Source of the DNA: Macrostomum lignano
Taxonomy: Eukaryota
Length of the DNA: 64,000 nt
Direction of reading: 5' to 3'
NCBI GenBank assembly: GCA_002269645.1
Contig: NIVC01000063.1
Location: 62,001-126,000 of the forward strand
A program made the position numbers and the translations under genes. Below the pieces are notes generated by a model. That model saw only the letters and a list, made by a program, of their open reading frames with translations. It had not been told where the DNA came from and did not search any database. Positions 15,401-29,200 of this stretch are shown here, piece by piece; position 1 is the first letter of the stretch; each line of letters opens with the position of its first letter.

Positions 15401-18400
15401 AATGAGGTGCCATGAGGTGAGCAATGAGGCGCCATGATGTGAGCAATGAGGTGCCATGAGGTGAGCAATGAGGCGCCATGAGATTAGAAATGAGGTGCTA
15501 TGAGATTAGAAATGAGGCGCCATGAGATTAGAAATGAGGCGCCATGAGATTAGCAATGAGGTGCCATGAGGTGAGCAATGAGGCGCCATGAGGTGAGCAA
15601 TGAGGCGCCATGAGGTGAGCAATGAGGCGCCATGAGGTGAGCAATGAGGCGTCATGAGATTAGAAAAATGAGGCGCCATGAGATTAGAAATGAGGCGCCA
15701 TGAGGTAAGCAATGAGGCGCCATGAGGTGAGCAATGAGGCGCCATGAGGTGAGCAATGAGGCGCCATGAGGTGAGCAATGAGGCGCCATGAGGTGAGCAA
15801 TGAGGCACCATGAGGTGAGCAATGAGGCGCCATGAGGTGAGCAATGCGGCACCATGAGGTGAGCAATGAGGCGCCATGAGGTGAGCAATGAGGCGCCATG
15901 AGGTGAGCAATGAGGCGCCATGAGGTGAGCAATGAGGCGCCATGAGGTGAGCAATGAGGCGCCATGAGGTGAGCAATGAGGCGCCATGAGGTGAGCAATG
16001 AGGCGCCATGAGGTGAGCAATGAGGCGCCATGAGGTGAGCAATGAGGCGCCATGAGGTGAGCAATGAGGCGCCATGAGGTGAGCAATGAGGCGCCATAAG
16101 GTGAACAATGAGGCGCCATGAGGTGAGCAATGAGGTGCCATGAGGTGAGCAATGAGGCGCCGTGAGGTGAGCAATGAGGTGCCATGAGGTGAGCAATGAG
16201 GCGCCGTGAGGTGAGCAATGAGGTGCCATGAGGTGAGCAATGAGGTGCCATAAGGTGAACAATGAGGCGCCATGAGGTGAGCAATGAGGCGCCATGAGGT
16301 GAGCAATGAGGTGCCATGAGGTGAGCAATGAGGCGCCATGAGGTGAGCAATGAGGCGTCATGAGATTAGAAAAATGAGGCGCCATGAGATTAGAAATGAG
16401 GCGCCATGAGATTAGCAATGAGGCGCCATGAGATTAGAAATGAGGCGCCATGAGATTAGAAATGAGGTGCCATGAGATTAGAAATGAGGCGCCATGAGAT
16501 TAGAAATGAGGCGCCATGAGATTAGCAATGAGGTGCCATGAGGTGAGCAATGAGGCGCCATGAGGTGAGCAATGAGGTGCCATGAGGTGAGCAATGAGGC
16601 GCCATGAGGTGAGCAATGAGGCGTCATGAGATTAGAAAAATGAGGCGCCATGAGATTAGAAATGAGGCGCCATGAGATTAGCAATGAGGCGCCATGAGAT
16701 TAGAAATGAGGCGCCATGAGATTAGAAATGAGGTGCCATGAGATTAGAAATGAGGCGCCATGAGATTAGAAATGAGGCGCCATGAGATTAGCAATGAGGT
16801 GCCATGAGGTGAGCAATGAGGCGCCATGAGGTGAGCAAGGAGGTGCCATGAGGTGAACAATGAGGCGCCATGAGGTGAGCAATGAGGCGTCATGAGATTA
16901 GAAAAATGAGGCGCCATGAGATTAGAAATGAGGCGCCATGAGGTGGGCAATGAGGTGCCATGAGATTAGCAATGAGGCGCCATGAGATTAGCAATGAGGC
17001 GCCATGAGATTAGAAATGAGGCGCCATGAGATTAGCAATGAGGTGCTATGAGATTAGAAATGAGGCGCCATGAGATTAGAAATGAGGCGCCATGAGATTA
17101 GCAATGAGGTGCCATGAGGTGAGCAATGAGGCGCCATGAGGTGAGCAATGAGGCGCCATGAGGTGAGCAATGAGGCGCCATGAGGTGAGCAATGAGGCGT
17201 CATGAGATTAGAAAAATGAGGCGCCATGAGATTAGAAATGAGGCGCCATGAGGTGGGCAATGAGGTGCCATGAGATTAGCAATGAGGCGCCATGAGATTA
17301 GCAATGAGGCGCCATGAGATTAGAAATGAGGCGCCATGAGATTAGAAATGAGGTGCCATGAGATTAGCAATGAGGCGCCATGAGATTAGAAATGAGGCGC
17401 CATGAGATTAGAAATGAGGTGCCATGAGATTAGAAATGAGGCGCCATGAGATTAGAAATGAGGCGCCATGAGGTGAGCAATGAGGCGCCATGAGGTGAGC
17501 AATGAGGCGCCATGAGGTGAGCAATGAGGCGCCATGAGGTGAGCAATGAGGCGCCATGAGGTGAGCAAAGAGGCGCCATGAGGTGAGCAATGAGGCGCCA
17601 TGAGGTGAGCAATGAGGCGCCATGAGGTGAGCAATGAGGCGCCATGAGGTGAGCAATGAGGCGCCATGAGGTGAGCAATGAGGCGCCATGAGATGAGCAA
17701 TGAGGCGCCTTGAGGTGAGCAATGAGACGCCATGAGGTGAGCAATGAGACGCCATGAGGTGAGCAATGAGACGCCATGAGGTGAGCAATGAGGCACCATG
17801 AGGTGAGCAATGAGGCGCCATGAGGTGAGCAATGAGGCGCCATGAGGTGAGCAATGAGGCGCCATGAGGTGAGCAATGTCCGCAAAAACTATCAGGACAA
17901 AAGTCTCAATAACTCTCATGCAAAAAGACAATCCTATTATTGCACGCATTTACACATCTAAGTGTGAGACCCGGCAACCCTCCACTGTCACTCCGGGCCT
18001 TATAATAACTAATAAAAGGCCAAGTGAGGTCAGCCGAAGCTAAGCAGCTTAGGTTTTTTGTTATAAATTTCGTCGCGGTGGGTAACAGCGGTGGAAGAGA
18101 TTCCAACTATAACGACTGTATTCTCTGCCTGCCTGCCCTGTCAATCACTGCAGGGCTGCCCCACATGTGTGTGTTAAATTCAACTATGCAGTGCTTACTT
18201 GCACTTAGAAAACCATGACTCACTTACAGGGGGGGGGTACTCATACACTTCTCAAAAAACGATTCTATTGTCTGGCAGTCAAGTGCGGATTAGCGACTGT
18301 TTTATTGTCTAGAACTGGGGGGCGCTGGATCGGAAAGCAAGAAGCAGTTGCTGGTGAAGCGGTGAGGGGCAGGAAATGCACGTGACTGGAAGACTAATAT

Positions 18401-21400
18401 CTTGTCTATACTTCCTATAAAGAATGGATTGAAAATATTCAATTTGAGAGAAAGAAGAAAGAGAGTAGTAGAGATAAGATAGTAAAGATGAGAGAGAGTA
18501 AAGTTGAGAGTAGATTAGAGAGTAGAGTAGAGGGGTAGAGAGTAAATTTGCGAGTAGAGATAAAAGAGTAGAGATGAGAGAAAGCAGATTTTAGAATAGA
18601 GAGTAGAGATAAGAGAGTAGAGATGGGAGAGAGTAGATTTTTTAGTAGAGAGTAGAGATGAGAGAGTAGAGATGGGAGAGAGTAGATTTTTGAGTAGAGA
18701 GTAGAGATGAGAGAGTAGAGATGGGAGAGAGTAGATCTAAGAGTAGAGAGTAGAGATGCGAGATTAGAGATGGGAGAGAGTAGATTTTTTAGTAAAGAGT
18801 AGAGATGAGAGAGTAGAGATAGGAGAGAGTAGATTTTTGAGTAGAGTAGAGATGAGAGAGTAGAGATAGGAGAGAGTAGATTTTTGAGTAAAGAGTAGAG
18901 AGTAGAGAGTAGAGATAGGAGAGAGTAGATTTTTGAGTAGAGAGTATAGATGAGAGAGTAGAGATAGGAGAGAGTAGATTTTTGAGTAGAGAGTAGAGAT
19001 GAGAGAGTAGAGATGGGAGAGAGTAGATCTAAGAGTAGATAGTAGAGATGAGAGAGTAGAGATGGGAGAGAGTAGATTTTAAAGTATGGGGGAGAGAGTT
19101 AGGGAGAGGGAGAGAAGTAATTTAGAGATATTTTATTCCAAAGGGAAACCACACCGACATTTATATCTACCCTGCATGCGGTAAAGAAGTACAGAGAGCG
19201 CTTATCTAAATCTGTAATCAATGGGAGTCGACAGACAACCAGCGCGCATCAAAGGTGCTTCAAAACTTGATTGTCAAACTCTGCTGGGCGAACGGCGTTA
19301 ATTAACACAGAACTGATGCTCGCGGTCTCTGCACGCGGCTTGATTCCGAATCAAGAGGCTGAGTAACGCGATGCTGGGGGAAACTGCACAGCCAGCTTGA
19401 TTGATGGCGATGAGTCACACGATCTTCGTGGCTTTGAAGTCGGTCTCATAATAAAAAACCGAGCTTAAAACCGAAGCCTAGCTCGTTAGAGGATTGCGGA
19501 TAGGGATAAAGGTAGGGGGGAGCTTAGGTAAGGTTGCGTGGATGAGATCCGGGTCGTTGGAGCATTAATCCATGATACGGTTCGGGGCGGGGCGGGGGTG
19601 TGACGCAACCGCTGCATACGAGACTCTTTGTCCTCAAACTGTATACTGACTGATCACTTGATCTCTTTTGTAACCTGTTCAGGTTTTTGTAAAGCCGCCT
19701 TTTGAAATATGATATTTTTCTATTCATTTTCATTTATTGCCGATTTCAAAGCATCTATATTTATATTGAGATAGGAGCGTAAAAGAAAGGGATTCTGTAT
19801 TTCTTAGCATGCTACAAAGGTAATCCTATATTGATTTCACAGAATATTGTGCACTGGATTCATTGATTCTGTACATTATTGGATTCTGCACACATGACTT
19901 TGTACACATGATTCTTTAAACATTCTGTACGCATGGTTCTGTACACATGTTTTTTTACACATTAATACGTACACATGACTGTACATATGACTGAACACAT
20001 GGTTCTGTACACATGTTTGTTGACTGTACACGTGACTGTACACATGATTATTTGATATTATCTTATATCATATCAAATATCATAGCATCTTAGCGGACCT
20101 CGAGAAAGCCATACTAATCTTGCTTATCTGTGCAGCACCCGAGGTTGAAGCAAGTAATACAACAGATTATCCTGGATACAAAGAAGTAAATGAGAGTCAT
20201 CTGAGGATCCCCTGGGGACTGGAGTAAAAGGTGACGAGTGATAGGGGCTGTAGCCAATCGCTAATTGCTAGATCAAGATAAGGAATGCCAAAGGATGTTG
20301 AACTTTCGTCATTCATTTGTGGAAACCTGAGCTTACCATATAATTCTCAATGCACCATAAGAATAATACGAACTATTGATTATCTACAGTTCTGTCCCAT
20401 TCCTAATAAAGTCGGACCAAGCCGCAGATTTTTCGTGACCTGAACAACCGACCAACTGGTCGTGTGCCCTGAAGGGATTTTTTGTAAGAAAAAAATGGGG
20501 GGGGAAGAATTAATGAGCGAAGATAAAAAAGTGTTTTGCACCGCTTATTTTTTTGTGTCTTGGTAGGTTACAAAGTTAAGACACAAGAAGACATTTATTT
20601 GAGAAGTTTTGTCAATTTTTGATCCACAGACACTAGACTCCTATCGCAGACACAACAGACTCCTATCGCAGACACAACAGACTCCTATCGCAGACACAAC
20701 AGACAATGAATTGCAGACACAACAGACTCCTATCGCAGACACAACAGACAATGAATTGCAGACACAACAGACTCCTATCGCAGACACAACAGACAATGAA
20801 TTGCAGACACAACAGACTCCTATCGCAGACACAACAGACTCCTATCGCAGACACAACAGACTCCTATCGCAGACACAACAGACTCCTATCGAAGACACAA
20901 CAGACTCCTATCGCAGACACAACAGACAATGAATTGCAGACACAACAGACTCCTATCGCAGACACAACAGACAATGAATTGCAGACACAACAGACTCCTA
21001 TCGCAGACACAACAGACTCCTATCGCAGACACAACAGACTCCTATCGAAGACAACAACAGACGATCAATTGCAGACACAACAGAATCCTATCGCAGACAC
21101 AACAGATTCCTATAGCAGACACAACAGACTCCTATCGCAGACACAACAGACTCCTATCGCAGACACAACAGACTCCTATCGAAGACACAACAGACTCCTA
21201 TCGAAGACACAACAGACTCCTATCGAAGACACAACAGACTACTATCGCAGACACAACAGACTCCTATCGCAGACACAACAGACTCCTATCGCAGACACAA
21301 CAGACTCCTATCGCAGACACAACAGACTCCTATCGAAGACACAACAGACTCCTATCGCAGACACAACAGACTCCTATCGAAGACACAACAGACTCCTATC

Positions 21401-23213
21401 GCAGACACAACAGAATCCTATCGCAGACACAACAGACTCCTATCGCAGACACAACAGAAATCTATCGAAGACACAACAAACTCCTATCGCAGACACAACA
21501 GAATCCTATAGCAGACACAACAGACTCCTACCGCAGATACAACAGACTCCTATCGCAGACACAACAGAATCCTATCGCAGACACAACAGACTCCTATCGC
21601 AGACACAACAGACTCCTATCGCAGACACAACTAAACCCAAGAATACATCATGAAACCAATTCCAGGTGAGCAGGTGTACGAGCTGGCGATGCTGCTCAGC
21701 CTGCTGCACCAGGGCACATATCCGGGATGGTCAACCGTGTTCGCAATTGCCGAGCGAAGCCTCGAGCTGGTTAAGGAGGCCGACCCAGAGTTTCACGCCC
21801 ACCTGATCGACATCGCCACAAAGAACATCGACGCCAATTTGAAAGATTTCATGGTCCAAGTGATTCACGAAGAATTCGAACGGGCCAGAGTCTGCTCCGG
21901 ACACATTCGGACAGTCCGAGGCAGCAGAGGCTGTCAAAAAATGTGCTCGTTAATCCGGCTATCTTCTTGCGCAAGTGGATCGGAGAGGTGAGGCCACTGG
22001 GTTGCTGTGGGGTTAATGAAGGCAGGTTGCATGTGAAAGTCGTAGGAGGGGTCAAGACAGAAGTCAATCTAGGGGTCAGTGAAGTGGTTAATTGAGGGGT
22101 CAATTGGTGTTTGATAAAGTATTGTAATTAGCGTAGGAGACATATCGTAGAAAGACATAAAGATAAAAGACGAGGGTTAGTGCCAATAGTGCCCTTAGCG
22201 AGCATCTTTGGAGGGGTTGGAGAGGTCACTGGAGGGGATAGAGAGGTCCACTGGAGGGTAGGAGAGGTCACTTGAATTGGGGGAAGGGCACTGGAGAGGT
22301 CAATGGAGGGGTCACTGGAGAGGTCAATGGAGGGGTCAATGGAGAGGTCAATGGAGAGGTCACTGGAGAGTTCAATGGAGGGGTCACTAGAGAGGTCAAC
22401 AGAGGGGTCACTAGAGAGTCAAGTGAGTTTTTAAGTTCAAGGTCAGAAGCAGGCTTTGCATACCATTTATTAATCCGTGGTCTTTTTATTGCACGGGCAA
22501 TCAGCCCTCAAATAAGATCGTCGCTTTTTTGTCTACTTCCCCAGTTCGTCCCAAACTAACGAGTATATACGAGTGTATTTAAGCTTCTAGCTCAGATCTG
22601 GGAAATCTCTCTATGCAAAAGCTGCCCCCCCCCCCCCCCTGATATTGATCTCATTGCGGAGTTAGCCTAGAGGCAGGGCGATTCCCCAGGGTGACTGTAG
22701 CCCTAAATTTCAAAACAGCCGACTGACTTGCCTCCGAGCTGGACGTATTTCCACGAAACGAATTTGTTTATTGCCAGAGGCCAAATTAAACTGCTCGGAG
22801 GAGTTCTGTTTCAACTGATTCTTTACGCGTGCGATGCTCTGATGGCTCTTAAAGGGACATGATCTACACCTTCCCTGGTCTATACCCTCCTTGTCTACTC
22901 GCTGTCCTCTCTACTTTATCTTCTCCCCCTCTTCTTTCTACTCTCTCTCGTCTCTTCCCTCTCTCTTCTCTCTCTTCTGTACTGTCCTCTTTTTCTTTTC
23001 TCTCTTTCTCCACTCTCTCTCCTCCTCTTCTCTCCCCTCTCTTCTCTTTCCTGTCTTCTCTCCCCTCTCTTCTCTTTCCTGTCTTCTCTCCCCTCTCTTC
23101 TCTTTCCTGTCTTCTCTCCCCTCTCTTCTCTTTCCTGTCTTCTCTCCCCTCTCTTTTTTCCCTCTCTTCTCTCTCCTCCTCTTCTCTCCTCTCTCTCCCC
23201 TCTCTTCTCTTTC

Positions 23214-23252
<39 letters not shown>

Positions 23253-26200
23253 ATTCTCTCCCCTCTCTTCTCTCCCCTCTATTCTCTCCCCTCTCTTCTC
23301 TCCCCTCTATTCTCTCCCCTCTCTTCTCTCCCCTCTATTCTCCCCTCTCTTCTCTCCCCTCTCTCCCCTCTATTCTCTCCCCTCTCTCCCCTCTCTTCTC
23401 TCCCCTCTATTCTCTCCCCTCTATTCTCTCCCCTCTCTCCCCTCTCTTTTCTCCCCTCTCTTCACTCCCCTCTCTTCTCTCCCCTTTATTCTCTCCCCTC
23501 TCTCCTCCCCTCCTCTCCAGGTGCCCCCTGTGTCAATCTCATTTTGTAATCTTATTCTGTAAATGAGTGTAAACCCGCACATTTTTTGCGCGTTTTTCCT
23601 CGCGATACTTCATTCACATTGGCAATTGACGCATTCTCTGTGTCCAGAGTGGCGCACAGCACATAGTGAGTTTACGATACTCTTAGAATTTTCAACAAGT
23701 TAGCTTATCCGCAAAACAGCTTTATTTACCATTTTATTGACCAAAAAGAGACGAGAAAGTTCTCCTTTATAATTCTCTCTTCCTGTGTCCTCAAGGCATG
23801 GTTCGATAAGCTGGCCAACTCGAATTGAATCTTCATCTGTGTTTACCTGGCCAGCATCCGACCCATTAGTCACCTGCGCTCATTAAGAGAATTCTAATTT
23901 TCTTGTTCTTCCGCTTTTCAGTTGCTTAGCGGCGCAGTATAACTGAAACTGAGAGCTGAGATAAGCAGCTTGCAAAACAGCGATGCTGAAACACTGGTAT
24001 CGGGTTTCTTTTAGGAGTCACGGGAGAGAGAGAACAGACAGGCCATTTCTGTTACAGGGTCAATGGAATTCGGCTCTTAAATAGCTTTGTAGCCTTGTAG
24101 TTCCCTACCTGCAAAGATGGGGAAAAGGATGGTGAAGATGAGGTAATGATGAAGAATAGGGAGAAGAATGGGGGGAGGATGAGGAGGAGGATGAGGAGTA
24201 TTGGGGAGGAGAATGGGGAAGATGTGGGAAGGATGGAAAATAGAGAGGAGGATGGGAGAAGGATGGGAAGGAGGATGGGGAGGAAGATAGGGAGAAGGAT
24301 AAGGAGAAGGATGGGATGAAGATGGGAAGGAGGATGGAGAGGAAGATAGGGAGAAGGATAAGGAGAAGGATGGGATGAAGATGGGAAGGAGGATGAGGAG
24401 GAGGATAGGGAGAAGGATGGGGAGGGGGATGGGGAGGAGGATGGGGAGGAGGATGGGGAGGAGGATGGGGATGAAGATGGGAATGAGGATGGGAAGGAGG
24501 ATGGGGAGGAGGATAGGGAGGAGGATAGGGAGGAGGATGGGGAGGAAGATGGGGAGGAGGATGGGGAGGAGGATGGGGAGGAGGATGGGGAGGAAGATGG
24601 GGAGGAGGATGGGGAGGAGGATAGGGAGGAGGATAGGGAGGAGGATGGGGAGGAAGATGGGGAGGAGGATGGGGAGGAGGATAGGGAGGAGGATAGGGAG
24701 GAGGATGGGGAGGAGGATGGGGAGGAGGATAGGGAGGAGGATAGGGAGGAGGATGGGGAGAGGATGGGGATGAAGATGGGAATGAGGATGGGGAGGAAGA
24801 TGGGAATGAGGATGGGAAGGAGGATGGGGAGGAGGATGGGAAGGAAGATGGGGAGGAGGATGGGGACAATGGGGAGGAGAGTCAAGTATAAATTAAGCAA
24901 GGAAGCAGATAAGAAATCAAACAGGGAAGCAGAGCGGGAATGAGCCAGAAAATCAGACATCTTGAACACCGTCGCTCCCCAGGGCTTCGTCGGTGTCCTG
25001 GGCTTGCACGCGGCCATGTTCTACTGGGACCAGTGCTTCCTGACCGACTTCGCCTCGGCGACCATCGAGGACGCGGCGCTGGCCGCCCTGTTCCTACTGC
25101 GCGACCGGTTCATGTCCGCCCAGGACTACCCGCAGATGAAGTCGGTCTTTCTCAACGGGCCGCGCGAGATTTATACGGCCGATTTCATCCGGGCCTGGTG
25201 CCACCTGCAGGATCGCGGCGATCCCAGCCTGGTGCCGGAAATGAACCGGCGCAAGCTGGAGGAGCCGCCGCCGCCGGACCCGGAAGTCGGCTCCCCGACG
25301 CCCGTGCCGGCGACGCCGCTGCAGCCGATTCCGCTGCCGGGACTCTGGATCGACTTGGTGTCGCTGAAGCTGCAGCTGATGAAGGACGGGGCTAGACAGG
25401 TACTTACTGGGCTGGTTGCTGTGAGGAATCTCATTTTCGATACATATCGGTAGTCTACCAGCATACAATGGTTGCTAAAACAAAACTACGATACATATCG
25501 GTATAGATAGATAGATAGATAGATAAGTCTACCAGCATACAATTGTTGCTAAAACAAAACTACGATACATATCGGTAGTCTACCAGCATACAATTGTTGT
25601 TAAAAAAACTTCGATACATATAGGTAGTCTACCAGCATGTAATTGTTGCTAAAACAAAACTTCGATACATATCGGTAGTATAACAACATGCAATTGTTGC
25701 TAAAAAAAGCTTCGATACATATCGGTAGTCTAACAACATGCAATTGTTGCTAAAACAAAGCTTCGATACATATCAATAGTCTACCAGAATACAATTGTTG
25801 CTAAAACAAATTTTCGATATCGGTATGCTCCACTTGCAAAAGCGGTCCCACTGATAAAATCAATGTGCATGTAGGTAAAAACCGTCCTTTGAAGTTTACC
25901 GCTCTTTTCTCAACTTCATTTTTTGTATGAGAAATAATTTAATAATCGATTGCACCTGCCCCAACTGGGCCAGATGTGCAACCGACAGCTCAGCCGCAGC
26001 TATTGCGCGGCGCATCTGAAGGCTGCGTACGGCTGTTTGGACGCCACACGCCCTCAATTATCCCAGCTAATGCTGGCACCCATTTTACAGCTGGGTGAAC
26101 TGAAGCAATGCAGAGTTAAGTGTCTTGCTCAAGAACACACATTTTTCAGTGGGATCAGGAATCGAACCCCCGACCTTCAAATCATGAGTCCGACGCTCTA

Positions 26201-29200
26201 ACCACTAGGCTAGAACCCTCTCTTGTATGAAAAATAAAATGAAAGAAATGAATATATTGGTGTCCTTGAGCTAGTCAAGGTCAACGATTAATATAAATAT
26301 TAGAGCAGTTTATTAAAACTTCTTCGGTTTAGTTTCAAATTCTATTAGCGGCGTTTGTATTTTTTCCCGCATATTATATCCAATCCATTGAAGTTAAGAA
26401 CAGAAAAGGAAATAACTGGTCTGCACTTGACACAAAATAGTTTAACAAGGTTTACAATAAAAAGTGTGTACTTTTTTCTGAAGATAAAAAAATTAAGGTT
26501 CTTTCTAATTTTTTTTTAAGAAAAGTGTTCTTTCCTAAAGCAAATTCTTGGTTCCTGATTAGTCTCCATCAACACCTCAAATCTATGAAAACTAAAAATT
26601 AGAAAGCTAAAAAACCACTCAACTCAGCCCCTGACCAGCTTGACCCACTCAGCCCCTGACCAGTCTGACCCACTCAGCCCCTGACCAGCTTGACCCACTC
26701 ACACCCTGACCAGCTTGACCCACTCAGCCCCTGACCAGCTTGACCCACTCAGCCCCTGACCAGCTTGACCCACTCAGCCCCTGACCATTCTGACCCACTC
26801 AGCCCCTGACCAGCTTGACCCACTTACACCCTGACCAGCTTGACCCACTCAGCCCCTGACCAGTCTGACCCACTCAGCCCCTGACCAGCTTGACCCACTC
26901 ACACCCTGACCAGCTTGACCCACTCAGCCCCTGACCAGCTTGACCCACTCACACCCTGACCAGCTTGACCCACTCACACCCTGACCAGCTTGACCCACTC
27001 ACACCCTGACCAGCTTGACCAACTCAGCCCCTGACCAGTCTGACTCACTCAGCCCCTGACTAGCCTGACTCACTCAGCCCCTGACTAGCCTGACTCACTC
27101 AGCCCCTGACTAGCCTGACTCACTCAGCCCCTGACTAGCCTGACCCACTCAGCCCCTGACCAGCTTGACCCACTCAGCCCCTTACCAGTCTGACCCACTC
27201 AGCCCCTGACCAGCTTGACCCACTCAGCCCCTGACCAGCCTGACCCACTCAGCCCCTGACCAGCTTGACCCACTCAGCCCCTGACCAGCTTGACCCACTC
27301 AGCCCCTTACCAGCTTGACCCACTCAGCCCCTGACCAGCTTGACCCACTCAGCCCCTGACCAGCTTGACCCACTCAGCCCCTGACCAGCCTGACCCACTC
27401 AGCCCCTGACCAGCTTGACCCACTCAGCCCCTGACCAGCTTGACCCACTCAGCCCCTGACCAGCCTGACCCACTCACACCCTGACCAGCTTGACCCACTC
27501 ACACCCTGACCAGCCTGACCCACTCACACCCTGACCAGCTTGACCCACTCACACCCTGACCAGCTTGACTCACTCAGCCCCTGACCAGCTTGACCCACTC
27601 ACACCCTGACCAGCCTGACCCACTCACACCCTGACCAGCTTGACCCACTCACACCCTGACCAGCCTGACCCACTCACACCCTGACCAGCTTGACCCACTC
27701 ACACCCTGACCAGCTTGACTCACTCAGCCCCTGACCAGCTTGACCCACTCACACCCTGACCAGCTTGACCCACTCACACCCTGACCAGCTTGACCCACTC
27801 AGCCCCTGACCAGCCTGACCCACTCAGCCCCTGACCAGCTTGACCCACTCAGCCCCTGACCAGCTTGACCCACTCAGCCCCTGACCAGTCTGACCCACTC
27901 AGCCCCTGACCAGCTTGACCCAGTCCGGGCTGCTCTTGATTTCCGGGTCTACCGGAGCGTCGGCGAACTGCAGCAGGCGGCAGGCGGCCAGCCGGCTGTT
28001 GTACAGAGCGCTGCGGCACCTGCTGCCGCCCAGGGAGGCTCTGATCAGACAGGCTTTCAGCGAGTCCACCGGCTGCAGCTCCTTGTGGCAGTAGTACGTG
28101 TCGTTCCGGGTTCTCTTGAACTCAATTGGAGTCCAGTAGCCGGCCGACTTGTTGGCGGCAGGCGGCTTCACGAACTGGCAGACGAAGCCGAGCAAATGGC
28201 TGCAGGCTCTGTCGCCGAGGCCCCGATTCGTTGCAAAACGAATGCAGTTCTGCTGATAGCCGTCGCTTGGCTCACCACAGCACCAGAGCGAGTCATTTCT
28301 AGGAAACTCGCCGCCGCCGTTGACTCTCTGCCAGCCTGTCCTGTTCTTTCCAACTTCGTAGCCCAGATCGGTGAGTCCAGTCCACATGTCAACCGTGATG
28401 TTGTCAACCAGATTCGAGGCAAGCAGCGCAACGATGGACTCCGGCGAGCTGATAAGTTCTCCGCCCAGCTCATCGCACCTTCGGTTGGCGGAGCACCAGC
28501 TGTAGCTCTCGCTGGACTCGATGAGCAGGCACAGCTGGGTGGCTGAGTGCAGCTGGAACGGAGCTGGGCAGTTCTGGTCAGACATCACCGGGCCGATTGT
28601 CAGCAAGAAAACTGCGGACCAGATCGCAGACAGCACAGTCAGATGCATGGATATGCTTGGGATAGGATGCAGCACTTTTTTAGCGGAGTCGGAAATCTTC
28701 TGAGAGCGCCTAAGGTCCTCTCTCTGTGGAGCGCAGGCTCTCAATTAAAAATTGTTTGAGAAATTCTTTCCGGAGAAGAGGAACATAGCTTTCGTTGCTA
28801 TTGGTAACAGGTAAACAGAGCTTTCAGGGGAATGCAGTTTCTGAATAGAGCGGCAAACTTTATTCCATAGCGGGCTCTATGCGAGGATGAAGCAGGCACA
28901 TAGCGACAGAGGTTGGTGGGGGCTAGGAGAAGTTAGCACAGGACCCAGCTATAGTCGCGGTTTTCCTCAACTGCCTTGGCCTTTCCAATTAAGGCGTCCC
29001 TCTGCCAGGCTGCTTGCATCATGCAGTACTTGTAGCTCCAAACCAGCTCTCAATTTCTAACTTCCTTAACGTATTCATATGTGGTTAGCCTTTTTTATCA
29101 GGCACTTTCAGTTTAAGCGACATTGTCACACAACCGGCGATAGGCATTGCTGCCCATTCCGCCGACTCCCCTGAGCAGGCACACAAGCAGATGAGTACGC

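Larger units (their letters stand above)
9440..25399 (+). other. TBC/Rab-GAP-like domain region (first five identified exons of the large gene)
   Basis: LPxxLRxxVW motif, the W..gF.g.l......WD..f motif and a DPEFHAHL segment typical of TBC helices. Confidence 0.6.

Noticed and set aside
13676-17949. Many MAPHCSPHGASLLTSW ORFs
   Set aside because: Translations of the 22-bp satellite on the strand lacking stops
26140-26212. tRNA gene
   Set aside because: A/B boxes run into a CORE-like body with a dispersed second copy, so this is a SINE head rather than a full cloverleaf gene
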